A DNA stretch of 64,000 nucleotides from Tubulanus polymorphus. Its lineage: Eukaryota; Animalia; Nemertea. The position numbers were made by a program, and so were the translations under genes. Positions 1 to 11,042 of this stretch are shown here, one piece after another. A model generated the notes under the pieces. That model searched no databases, had not been told where the DNA came from, and saw only the letters and a program-made list of their open reading frames with translations. The DNA lies in contig NC_134036.1 in the NCBI RefSeq assembly GCF_964204645.1, positions 4,494,600-4,558,599 on the forward strand, written 5' to 3'. The number at the start of each line of letters is the position of its first letter. Positions within the stretch are counted from its first letter, which is position 1.

Positions 1-929
1 CGCGTATATTTCTGCATCTACGGTGGTTAATTAGATTAAAGGTTCTATTAAATAAAGAAAATTGCCTTGCTATTGTCAGATTGAGTCAGGTGGAACTTGA
101 ATTTAGCTCACATGCTTAAGCCACATGATGTTATTCTAGAAATTTTGTTAATGTCTATTCATCGAAAATGGATTTCATTTATTTTCGATTTTTTCTTTTA
201 AATACATTTAATTGGACTTGGAGGGAAAATGTATGTTTTTGGAGGGCACGTAACTGGAGGGATAATGATTGAGGGATTTTGTGTGGAGGGAAAATGGCCG
301 GAGGGAAAATGACAGTGAATCTTACTTATTCCCCTGACTATTCCCCCTAGATCTGCCAAAAATCTAATCAATTAACTACAGTCAAACATAATAAAACGGA
401 CTGAAACTATGCAATTTAACAGAAGATCTAGAAATCCCAACGAACTTCCCAGTCATTACCTCGATTTTGAAACTTGTTTTGTCAACATTCCCTGACTATT
501 TACAAAAAAGAAAATTTCCTGACTTCATCTGATTTTCAGGTAAGTGCGGCCACCCTGAAGAACTGACGCACTGATTGGAAGTGTTTACCGTTGTCACCCG
601 GCCGCACTTAACCGAAAAACACCGGCAGCCTATTTTTTAATTACATGGAAAAATTGTTCGAAATTTGTCTCCACGGCAACCGAGACGTCGCGTATTTAAT
701 TGAATTATTCGCGCTCGGTGAACTCGGGTTTTTTTTTTAGCGCGTGAGATGATGTCGGCGGCGTGGAGAAGAGCGTTTTGTTTTGTTGGGCGGTGTGACG
801 GCGTGATCGGTGTCGGCAGAACCGGCGGGTTGGAGGTGCATGATGGAGATGGCATTGCCGGCGATGTAGATCTCTGAATGCACGCTGCAACACTTATTTC
901 ATATATTTGTAATTCATTTTGATTAAGAA

Positions 930-1220
930 TGTCTCAAGTAAAGCGCTGAACACATGTGAAGTATGGACGATCGGTTTTTGAAAGTATGCTGATAAAATGT
1001 CTAATGTCTGGTGTTTGTAGTTCATTTTCAATTGAAAATGTCTCAGGTGAAGCACTGACCGCATGGGAAGTGTTGACGATCAGTTTTTGAAAGTGAGCTG
1101 GTGAAATGTCAAATGTCTGGTGTTTGTAGTGCATTTCAAATTGAAAACGTCTCGGACGAAGCACTGAACACAAGTGACGTTTGGACGATCAGTCGTTGAA
1201 CGAATGCAGATAAAACATGA
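930..1220 (-). repeat. ~110-bp satellite-like repeat family (also ~28400-28640 on -, ~30900-31160 on +, 32900-33280 on +)
   Basis: Shared unit gaaaatgagctgcaaacac...ctgatcgtccacacttcac...cacctgagacattttcaatt. Confidence 0.8.
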
Positions 1221-1794
1221 AGTAGGGACTACAGCGCTCTGATAAACAGGTATTATACACTGGTTCGGTCTGTGCCTGAATCTGTTCAGGCCCGTGTTCG
1301 GTGAATAAGATCTCCCATCAAAACACACCCACACTTATCGAATTACGCGCGCGTGTGTATTCGAAATCACAAACGCGCCGAGCGACCGAATACTAACAGA
1401 CGTCGCCGTCATAACGACACCCGCGGGACTCACTCGCATCAATTAGGGGCTTCGTCGATTACAGCTTCGAAAATCATCGCGCATTTGAATTCTGCTTATC
1501 GACGCGCGTTTACGAATAACGAAATAGACGCCGAATATTCGCCGGCGAATGTCGTGGATCAAGCTGAGAGTCGAACTACGCGCGCACTCGGCCGGGATCG
1601 AAGCCGCGTCTATAAGAACGTATATTAGAAAGCAAGGCGATTAACAATGGAACAATACATCTAGTTCGGTAATTTTGACAAGTGGTTATACAGCTTGTCC
1701 TATACGGGTAACACGATCCGAGAACGTTCTCATTCTAACTACTAAACTTGTAGACCATAAAGACAAAAATATGGCTGACATTAGTTCAATAAAG

Positions 1795-1803
1795 AAAAAA
1801 AAA
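1795..1803 (-). terminator. Pol III oligo-T terminator of tRNA-Gly
   Basis: T9 run on the - strand about 12 nt 3' of the tRNA. Confidence 0.7.
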
Positions 1804-1814
1804 TAATAAATTCG

Positions 1815-1886
1815 TGCGTTCGCCGGGAATCGAACCCGGATCCATTGCTTGGAAGGCAACGATGCTAACCTTTACACCACGAACGC
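1815..1886 (-). tRNA. tRNA-Gly (anticodon TCC)
   Basis: Reverse complement is GCGTTCGTGGTGTAAAGGTTAGCATCGTTGCCTTCCAAGCAATGGATCCGGGTTCGATTCCCGGCGAACGCA. It has a 7-bp acceptor stem GCGTTCG/CGAACGC, anticodon loop CTTCCAA, T-loop TTCGATT and discriminator A. An oligo-T Pol III terminator follows. Confidence 0.96.
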
Positions 1887-2869
1887 CGCTTGTCTCGGCT
1901 CCGAATAGATAGGTCAAAACTAACAGACCGCGCGTACAATACGTGAAGCCTAGTATATCTATGTCTTCCGAGTAAAACTGATAGAAGTTGATGAAATATA
2001 AATGGGTAGAGAATACCATAGAAATAACTAAAAACATAATGATATGGTATTAGGATATGGCCGAAACGTCGGAGATGATCTACACTAGCCCGAGGAAACA
2101 TTTTCGGACTTCTTATCATTTTTTCGTTAATATTGAGGGATCATCTACATAATTACCATCATAACATGGATATAGTGTTTTATCAATGGTTATTCATAAT
2201 CAGTAATGCACATCTATTCGAAACTATAAATACAATTATGATAACGATAATGATAATCAGGCGATTAGCAATCGCAATAACCATGTCAATTTACTAAAGA
2301 AATGCTTCCCGAGGACCGAAAATGTTCATCGTTTCGACGAGTTCTTCGTATCATCGCGTTCGTATGAAACTGATTGTTTACTAGTGAACTTATGGCCGAG
2401 ATGAACTAAAGTCATCGATAGACCGCGAAGTTCCGCTGCAGGTCGAACGGCGCTTTACGACGAAGCAACAGCGAAAACGAACGAAACCCCGAAATGTCAA
2501 CGACGCGCTGACGATTGAAGAACAATGAAATAAACGCTCTTTCAAATTCGAACGAAAGGCGCCGTCGAGCTGCCGGAGAAGAAACTTAATTGGTATTTAG
2601 CTGCCAGTTGCAAAGATCAAGCGAAGCCGTAGAGTAAGGTGTGTTTCTAGTAAAAGTGAAATTTCGAAAAATAGAGAAGAGACATCAAACGACGCAGGGG
2701 ATTCGCTGATTCAATCCGCGCGTTACGCGTACACCAGATCAAAACGAAGCTTAAAGCTGTCTGTCTTGATTATAATCATAACATATGTGCTTCTTGACTA
2801 CAGATCTAGAGTTATTGATGCTGAGAGGCCAGTGTGTTCACCGATAACCTACCAGCTCCAGATATGTCG

Positions 2870-3090
2870 GGAGGGGGTCACCGAAAACCTATTGTAGATC
2901 TGTTCTATCTTGGGGAGAAAAGAGACTGGATTATGCCAGTTTTACAGCTGTGAGGAGAGAGGGTTAAACGAGAACCCATTGCGTCTGTTCTACTCGCTGC
3001 TCTCCCGCTACAGCTGTGAGGAGAGCGGGTTCACCGAGAACCTATTGCGTCTGTTCTACTCGCTGCCCTCTCGCTACAGCTCTGCGAGGA
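2870..3090 (+). repeat. 66-bp minisatellite family, ~3 degenerate units
   Basis: Same unit as 24358-24890. Confidence 0.8.
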
Positions 3091-5977
3091 GCTGGCTCGC
3101 CAATAGCAAGAACTCCACCCAATTCCCAATGCACCCACCGCAGCACTAACGGCCACCGTACGTCCGAATAACATGTCACGTAACCGTCGAATTTTATATT
3201 TCGTACTAATTCTCAATAACACCTATTACGCGAGCTTTCATAATATATAGCTTGCGTAACACTTTGTCGTACATAGTATTTACGACAAAGTGTGACTGTT
3301 CTAAAAGTCGACAAACAAATGTCACAGCTGCGATTGAGTGGGAAGAACTATGGCCTCATTCTTCGAAACAAAACGTCCGCGCAATTTCTCACGACGAGTG
3401 ATGATTCGCACTTTAAAAACAAGTATCTTGTTTGTTCAATTTCTTTACCTTGCTTCGTTTTTTATAGACGTTAAGAATTGTTACAAATAGCTGCTTTGCG
3501 ACTATATTTAGCATTTGAGGTTTAATCGAGCCGGTGAATACATTAGCTTCCTAGGTGACCGTCATATTTGTTTTTGTGTGGAGGAAAAACGTTTCACTTT
3601 TTTCTTGTTTACTCAATAGCGACGCGCGTGCCTTTAAATACTATACTTATTTTTGAGATTAAGCCTATGATTATTAGATTTTATGACGTCGAAGGACGGG
3701 TCGTGCAATTATTACGTAAACATCGTTGATGTCGTCAACGAACACCGTCTCGCGCTGACAACGAGTTAAAAAAAAAAGATGACAGCAACGACTGCGACGT
3801 AGATAGCAGAAAGACCTCTGGATTTGTCGTTACTGTTACTAGGGCAATTTCTCCTGTCTACAGTGCTGTCCGGTTTAATGTCCGCCGTTTCTGAAATGCG
3901 CTGCTTATGAACACGGTCAAGCAGTTCGGCTCATTTATCGGGTTTAACGAAGATTCATCTTTTTCGAAGGCATTCAACCAGCTTTCGTAGCTAGCAGACA
4001 GCGTTGCGAGCACGGGTTAACGTTATCAAAATTAGCCCAATATATCAATCAAATTTGAACTGAATTCTTAGGCTCCCGAATTGCCACGTCATCACAGGAC
4101 CCACCACATATACAATGAATTCATTTTTCTACTCCGCGATCGGTATATTCTTCGTTTATTCAATCATTAAAATAAAAGTTCATTCGATTTTCATTGAAAC
4201 CTAGAAAAAATCGCCGCACGGACGACCGGGTAACTACTGCTAGCAAACCTGGCGGATCCTCGCCTGCCACGAGTGGAATCGTCGATTGCCACAGTAGCAG
4301 TCCGGCTCCCCGTTTCGAAATTCAGACCGACGCCACGAAGAAGCGCCCACGCGAACTACTCGTTTCTAAGCGATGACTGTATGCTCGCACGTTCGCCAAC
4401 AGCTGAGGTAAAACCGGGGTATGAATCATCTATACATACATCGTGATGGACGATTCGAGTTATTGTCTTGTCCTTTCGCGAACAGGTGTCGACGTCGTTT
4501 TCCGTTACTAATAGTGCGGGAATGTTCGCCGGAACGAAGTGACGTGTGCAAGCTGCGTATCACGTCGGGAATTAAAAAAAAAGAAAAACATTAATAATAT
4601 GCACGAATCGAAAAGTTAACACCGGAAATATTGACAAACTCTATTAGGGTGGCTCTAGGAGTCTTTAAAGTGGATGGACCTGAAAATTGGAATCGGCAGT
4701 CAATTTGATAGGGGCTCATTTGTCGATGCGGGGTTGCCAACGTGAAACATTCGTGGGGATTCTGGTGGCCCCACAGGTAATGTAGTACGAAAAGTGCCTT
4801 TCTGGGCCTCACCAGGAACGTTTTGGATTACTGCATCGTCTTTTGTTTTCTTTACAAAAAAAATCCAGATTTTTCTCGGGAGTACTTTTGAATTTTTGAA
4901 GGGGTTTGACCACTCGACCCAGTCCACGCCCTAAATCTGCGCGTGAACTCAATATTCCCGAAGAAGAGTTTTCCGATATAGTCGAAAAGTTGAATAAACA
5001 AACTACTGGCTCCTAGAAAATATTTCCGAATTTTCCTTCATTAGTGTGAATATAGCGAATATAGCGTTTCATCGATGGCTTTTAGGCGAATTTCTTCGAA
5101 GAATTGTTCACCGGACGATTCGCCTAGGATTGAATTCGGGAGACCATAAATTTGGCGCATTTAGGCCAATTCCCTTGCCGCCATGTCACGAGTTTTGCGT
5201 GTCGCAGATGCCTAAGACTTTGTTTATCGGTATTTATCGGGGTAACTGTTATTTTTTTTCAACTCAACGAAAAACCCGTTGCACCGGTCCAAACTAATAC
5301 CAATTTCCAGCGTGCACATTCATATACACCACTAAGTATAATTGCCTTGTCTATAACAATGTAGATAGACCGGTAAAAAGAATTAATGTTAACTTAACCG
5401 CGTATCATAACACGTGCTTACACCCATAAGAAAAACCTGTCGGGTCATTTATAGACCCCATTACGCGTCGTCATCGGCAGACATTAGCTAACTTTTGAAT
5501 CGGCGCCGTATCGAGAAAAATGCTACATCGTCGCGACAGGCGCTCGTTTATTTGCGACGCGTTCGCTTTTTTTTCCCACCGGATCTTACGGTCAGGATTA
5601 AAGGTTAAAGCGGTCTTCGGAGACGCATTAGAAACGTTGTTTCGTGTCATCAATAAATTATCGGTTTATTACGCGTATACGTTCGTACGTTAGTTGTATT
5701 TGTTTGTTTTTTTCTTGTTAGCGCTTACGCGCGGAGCGTAATGACACAAAGTCGTCGTCGCAACTATAAATCATCTTTTTCAACGCGGGCTTTTCCTGAA
5801 CAGGTAACAATCGAGCGACGACGGGGACATATCACCGACACGGGACATAACGCGCATCTGGCGCAAACGCGTTCGTCACCAACAGTCGGCGATTTCTAAA
5901 TAATTTACAAGCCGTCGCCGTCGACGACGTCGTTACAAACACGCCGGCATCAAACGACGCTATCGAATTTGACAGGT

Positions 5978-6015
5978 TATATAGCCGAGCGTTCGACTTC
6001 GACGCCGACATTTAC
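5978..6015 (+). promoter_or_regulatory. putative TATA/initiator core promoter of the secreted-protein gene
   Basis: TATATAG at ~5978 with an Inr-like ACATTT about 30 nt downstream. No ATG between there and 6313. Confidence 0.4.
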
Positions 6016-6312
6016 ACATCATAGCCCGATAACAGCGCGCGCGCCAACCCGCGCAAGCTTCCTTTAGATTTTTTCGTCGAATTCGTAAACGACTATTTCG
6101 ACTACTCAAATTTCTCTTTTCTCCGCCGCCATCAAACGCGTTCGGAAAACGAAATAGAAAAAAAAAGACGACGACAACAACGGCAAACTCGAAGAAAGAA
6201 ACGGCGTTAAGAAGCTACGTACACGCGTCGAGCGAAACTGAAACCTACATCAAAAGCTGAATTTAAAAAAAAAAGAAGCACGGAACAGATAAGATTCAAC
6301 GCACTCGAGAAC

Positions 6313-6373
6313 ATGAAGGCAAATCGAAGTTTGATGAAAATAATCTTGGCATGTTGCGTCATTTTTGCCGCCG
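6313..6373 (+). CDS. secreted Gly/Gln-rich repetitive protein, coding exon 1 (signal peptide)
   Basis: ATG at 6313 gives MKANRSLMKIILACCVIFAA, a basic-then-hydrophobic segment. Donor G|GTAAGT, phase 1. Confidence 0.85.
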
Positions 6374-7168
6374 GTAAGTTGTTTGTGCAATTCTATTGTC
6401 AGCGTCGAGTTCGGTATGATTCGACGAAATCTTTTTGTTGACTTAGAAAAATACTAATACTTAACGATACGATAGAACCACCACGCCTAAACGTATAGAA
6501 TATAGATAAAATTTGATAAATTAAAATTTCCTGACGATAGTCTTTGAAAATAGTCCTGAATGACGTGGCTTTTATGATTTTGATTTAGTGAATATGAATT
6601 TGTGTAGTGTGGGTTTTTGGTTTTATTAGACATACCAAACTACCTAATATCAGCTTCGTGGCCATTCTCTCAAGCCTGCAAGGGTTCAAATATATCGTCA
6701 TAACATTTTATGAACGCTTTATTTCTCTTTTAGATATGATATTTGATCCAAATTTGAAAACCGTATCATTTCGTACATAGATTTTTCGTACTTTTTACCA
6801 AGCTTTACGTTTTTTTGCTGCATCTGATAACCGTTATCGTTTTATCAGACAATTATTTTGCATTATGTCCAGTATAATCATAACACTATTTGTGATTTAC
6901 GTTGATAGCGGTAATAATTGAAATGACAATAATTTTCACTTTATGTGATTATTATATACACATACTTAATTGTAAGGCAAAACTTAAATTTAGTTGTGAT
7001 TTGGATAGTACCCAGTCCAAGCAAGCATGTTGTACTTAGAAAAGTAAATAGGCCCAGAAGATACACAGGGTCCTCCTATATTAAAGCAATACGACCTGTG
7101 CTCGAACGGTATTCCCGATGTAACGGGCAACAATACGTTTCAAATATTTCTACGTCCTTCGCTTACAG

Positions 7169-7501
7169 TGCAAATCCACTCGGTAAGTGCCGAGTCCGAA
7201 GCGGCGAAGAAAGTCGAGCCAGTCGCCGCGCCCGATGCGGCGGCCAAACCGGCGGCGAAGAAAGACGAAGCCGACGCGAAGAAAGACGAAGCCGCCGCGA
7301 AGAAAGACGAAGCCAAACCCATAGTCGCCCCCGCGGTGGAGAATACGAAAGATTCCGACGGTGCGGAATCGAGCAAAGAAGAGAAAAAGTCGGCGGTTGT
7401 TGACACACCGATCACGGGCAGGTCCGAGTCGCCGGTCGCCGAAAAGAGCGCTCCAGTCGCCGCCGCGGCACCGGCCGCCGCTACCAAACCAGCCGCTAAC
7501 A
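7169..7501 (+). CDS. secreted Gly/Gln-rich repetitive protein, exon 2 (end of signal peptide plus Ala/Lys/Glu/Pro-rich region)
   Basis: Acceptor CTTACAG|TG in phase 1 completes ...AAVQIHSVSA/ESEAAKK. Contains three 21-nt AKKDEA repeats. Donor A|GTAAGT, phase 1. Confidence 0.85.
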
Positions 7502-7855
7502 GTAAGTAAGATTTGTGTGGTGATTCAACGCCGAATAATTATGAAATTTTGCTAACACTGATGAAACACTTGTCAACGTAGGTAATACCATAGAAAGAGA
7601 AAATAACCCGAAATGGTTCCATAAGTAAATGAATTATTTTTAGCCATGAGTATTGCATAATATGCCGAAATTATGAAATATATCATCCGGAGCAAAGAGA
7701 CTTATTAAAAGCAAAAAGATGCGATACAAACTCAGGCTAATATAGAAACTAATACTAAACTTAAGAAACTAAAGGGACAAGCATGGCTTCATTATGTCTC
7801 TCACCATATCATATAATATATCGTTATGGTAATCGTTTTATGAATTCGTTCTCAG

Positions 7856-9240
7856 GCATGCCGAAAATGAATCCGCAAGACCAAAACGCCTTCCAAAAGG
7901 GAATGCAAGGCGGATTCTTCGGAAACCCCATGTTGCAAAGCCTCATCGGAAACAAAGGCGGAGGAGCCGGCGGAATGATGGGCGGAAGAGGAATGGGCCG
8001 TTTCGGTGGCGGTAATGGCGGGGTGATGGGTAGACAAATGGCGCCCCAAATGCAAGGACAAATGGTACCGAACTACGGAGCAGCTAACGGTGGTGGTAAT
8101 CGACTCTACGGACAACAAGCTTACAGACCGATGGGACACCAGCAAGGAGCCGCACAACAGGCCTACGGACCGATGGGAAACCACCAAGGAGCGGGACAAC
8201 AGGCCTACATGCCGATGGGAAACCAACAAGGAGCCGGACAACAGGCCTACAGACCGATGGGACACCGGCTAGGAGCTGGACAACAGGCCTACCGACCGAT
8301 GGGAATCCAACAAGGAGCAGGACAACAGGCCTACGGACCGATGGGAAACCAACAAGGAGCCGGCCAATACGGCTACGGACAAGCTCCGAATATGGGCCAA
8401 ATGGGTGGTTACAACGGCAACAAGCCGTACGGAAGACAAGCCTACACACCGATGGCCAACCAAGGAGCCGGTCAATACGGATACAGACAAGCTCCCAATA
8501 GGGTCCAAATGCCGGTAGGTAGGCCGTATGTAGCCCGCGGACAGGGTTACGGGATGGGAAACCGAGGAGCTGGTCAATACGGACAAGCTCCTGTCAGAGT
8601 TCAAATGGCCGGTAATAATGCTCACAGAGGCATGGCGCCTAATTACGGACAAGGCCACCGAGGACAAGGAGCTGGCGGCGTTGCTCCGCAAGGTTACGCA
8701 CCGGCTCGCAATCCCGCACAAACCGTAGAAGGACAAGCGCAAGGCGCTGCTGGAGGACAAGGGCAAGGAAAAGGACAAGGACAAGGACAAGGTAAAGGAT
8801 TCGGCAACCAAGACGCTTTCAAGAAAGGCATGGAAGGCGGTTTCACGAATAACGGAATACTCAAAGGTCTGTTAGGAGGAGGCGGAGGCCAAGGAGGTAT
8901 GGGCGGAGGCCAAGGAGGTATGGCGGGTGGAGGTCAAGGGCAAGGCGGAGCCAAAGGATTCGGAAACCAAAACGCGTTCAATAAAGGCATGCAAGGAGGA
9001 TTTAAGAACAACGGCATACTTCAAAGTTTACTAGGAGGCGGCGGAGGTCAAGGAGGTATGGGAGGTCAAGGAGGCGGCCAGGGAGGTATGGGTGGAAATC
9101 AAGGTGGCGGATTATTCGGAGGTAACAACGTGTTCGGTAAGAAGAGTCTATTCGGTAACAACGGCGGAGGGGGTGGTAGCTTGTTCAAAAATAAAGGCGG
9201 TGGGGGTGGCATGTTCGGAGGGAACAGCCTCTTCGGGTAG
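7856..9240 (+). CDS. secreted Gly/Gln-rich repetitive protein, exon 3 (G/Q/M/Y/N repeats); full protein ~592 aa
   Basis: Acceptor TTCTCAG|GC in phase 1 keeps the 7783-9240 ORF frame. Strong GGA/CAA codon periodicity, TAG stop at 9238-9240, AATAAA at 9330-9335. Confidence 0.9.
8110..8361 (+). repeat. six 42-nt coding repeats (GQQAYxPMGxQQGA)
   Basis: Tandem repeat visible in both DNA and translation. Confidence 0.9.
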
Positions 9241-10790
9241 GGGAAAGAAAAACAACCAGCAATTGTAATTGCGCGTCGAATATGAAACTTCACGTAATCG
9301 TTAAAATGTTAGTATTTAGAAGGTATCAAAATAAATGACTAGTTGCTAGAATTGGACGATTTTTGTCTTTTTTGTTACTGATGAATTGTATTTTCTGTCT
9401 GGGTAACATCGCTAATGAGCGTCGAGAAAGGAGTCATATTTCCACGGCTAGTTTGCTTTGATTACAGTAGAGGCCATTCATGAGACCATCTTAGTTATCA
9501 GGTAGACAATCCGTGACCTGAGGCAAGTCATCAAAAGATTTCTTAAAGATTTTAAAGACGTTTATGACAGAAGTCCCGACCGGGTCGGTGGCAACAGGTC
9601 AGTTAACGAAAGATTATTTAGACTATTCAGTTTTAGGAGCAGCCAAAGACCAGCTTAATTCCGAAGACATACTAACGACTTAAGATTTGCGCACTGTCTT
9701 ATGATTTTTGACACCTTGACTTCTTTAGTCCCGGCCGAACACCGGGGATAGACACGTTTCGGGGTCATTTCGGGCACATTTCTCCGGTTCTTAGATGACA
9801 TTCGACTCGCAGTTCATCGAAAATGAACCGATTTCAACTCAAGAGTTTAACTCGAACTAACATCATGGTGGAACCGGATCCAGAGTTTCGAATTGAACCG
9901 ACTTAGCTCTTACAACGAGTTAGCTCTTTAGAATCATCAAATTAAAAAAAGAACAGCTTCTCGCGATTAACATCAGTATTGTAAATGATTCATCGCTTTT
10001 GCGAAACGATATGGCGAACATATAAAAGTTGGAAAAGCGCGCGCGAGACCTTTGCATAGTCGCTGCGACAGTTGAGTCAGTCGACTGGCCAGTGTTTTCC
10101 CCTGAGCGCGATGCCTTTTCGAAGTCGATCACTTTTAAGCAGAGAGCCGCGCAGTTTTAAAACGGGCGGATATTCGAAACACCTGCGCGGCGCTTCGAGT
10201 ATTATATACTATATGGCAGGCAGGTTCACGCACACCTGCGCTTGACACTTACAGCGACGGTCGGAGAAGCATAAAACGAATATGTTCTTCGTTAAAAACA
10301 AATCGACGACCTGTGCGTTTGACACATGCCCGCGCAATTATTGCGATCGTTCACACTTCGAAACGTGCAGTTCGTGTACATTCGAACATGGCGTCGCGAA
10401 GAAAGGTAGATCTGTTTTATACAAAAGAGGTTACTAGCTCCTCGGCGGCTTATTCAAAGCTTCTTGCGACCTTCTTAGGCGAAACAAAAATATAATTCGC
10501 TTTAGAGGGTTCCACGTTCACCATTTAAGGTTGCAAATACATGCAGTTGAAACTATGTTATCGAGCGAAGACCCACCATAAAAATCTAAAACAACTGCTA
10601 TAGTTTTCTTCCGCTAATGCCCGGTTAGCCGGAGTTGCTGAGTCAACGGGCTAATCAGGCCGTGACAGAAGTTCGCGATGCCCTCAGGCTCAAATGCGTG
10701 CCGAGGGAAGATGGAAATATAGTAGAATAGCCATTCACAAATGTGAAGAAGAGGTCATATGATAAAGAACAACTTGTACAAATTGTAAAT

Positions 10791-11042
10791 TCTCCCTCTC
10801 CCTCCCTCTATCCCTCTCTCTCACCCTATCCCTCCCTCGTTCTCCCTTTGTTGCCATCTTTCTCCTTCTCTCTCCCGCACTCTCCCTCTCTCTCTCCATC
10901 CCTCTTCCTATCGCTTCCTCCCTGTCCCTCTCTCCCTCTCCTTTACTCTCCCTCTCCCTATCTGTCCCTCCTCTCTCTGTCTCCCTCTCTCTCCCCCTCT
11001 CTCTCTCTCTCCCTCTCTCTCTCTCTCTCTCCCTTCGTCTCT
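10791..11042 (+). repeat. CT-rich degenerate microsatellite
   Basis: Polypyrimidine (CT)n-like tract. Confidence 0.9.

Noticed and set aside
219-312. GGAGGG(AAAATG) direct repeats as a G-quadruplex or regulatory element
   Set aside because: Long irregular loops. More likely a decayed transposon subterminal repeat, and cannot be supported.
7783-7855. ATG start of the 485-aa ORF
   Set aside because: It lies in AT-rich intron sequence upstream of a phase-compatible acceptor. The spliced model supplies a signal peptide.
7169-9240. Neuropeptide precursor interpretation (KK sites, one FGKK)
   Set aside because: The repeats are not flanked by basic cleavage or amidation sites, so a structural protein fits better.
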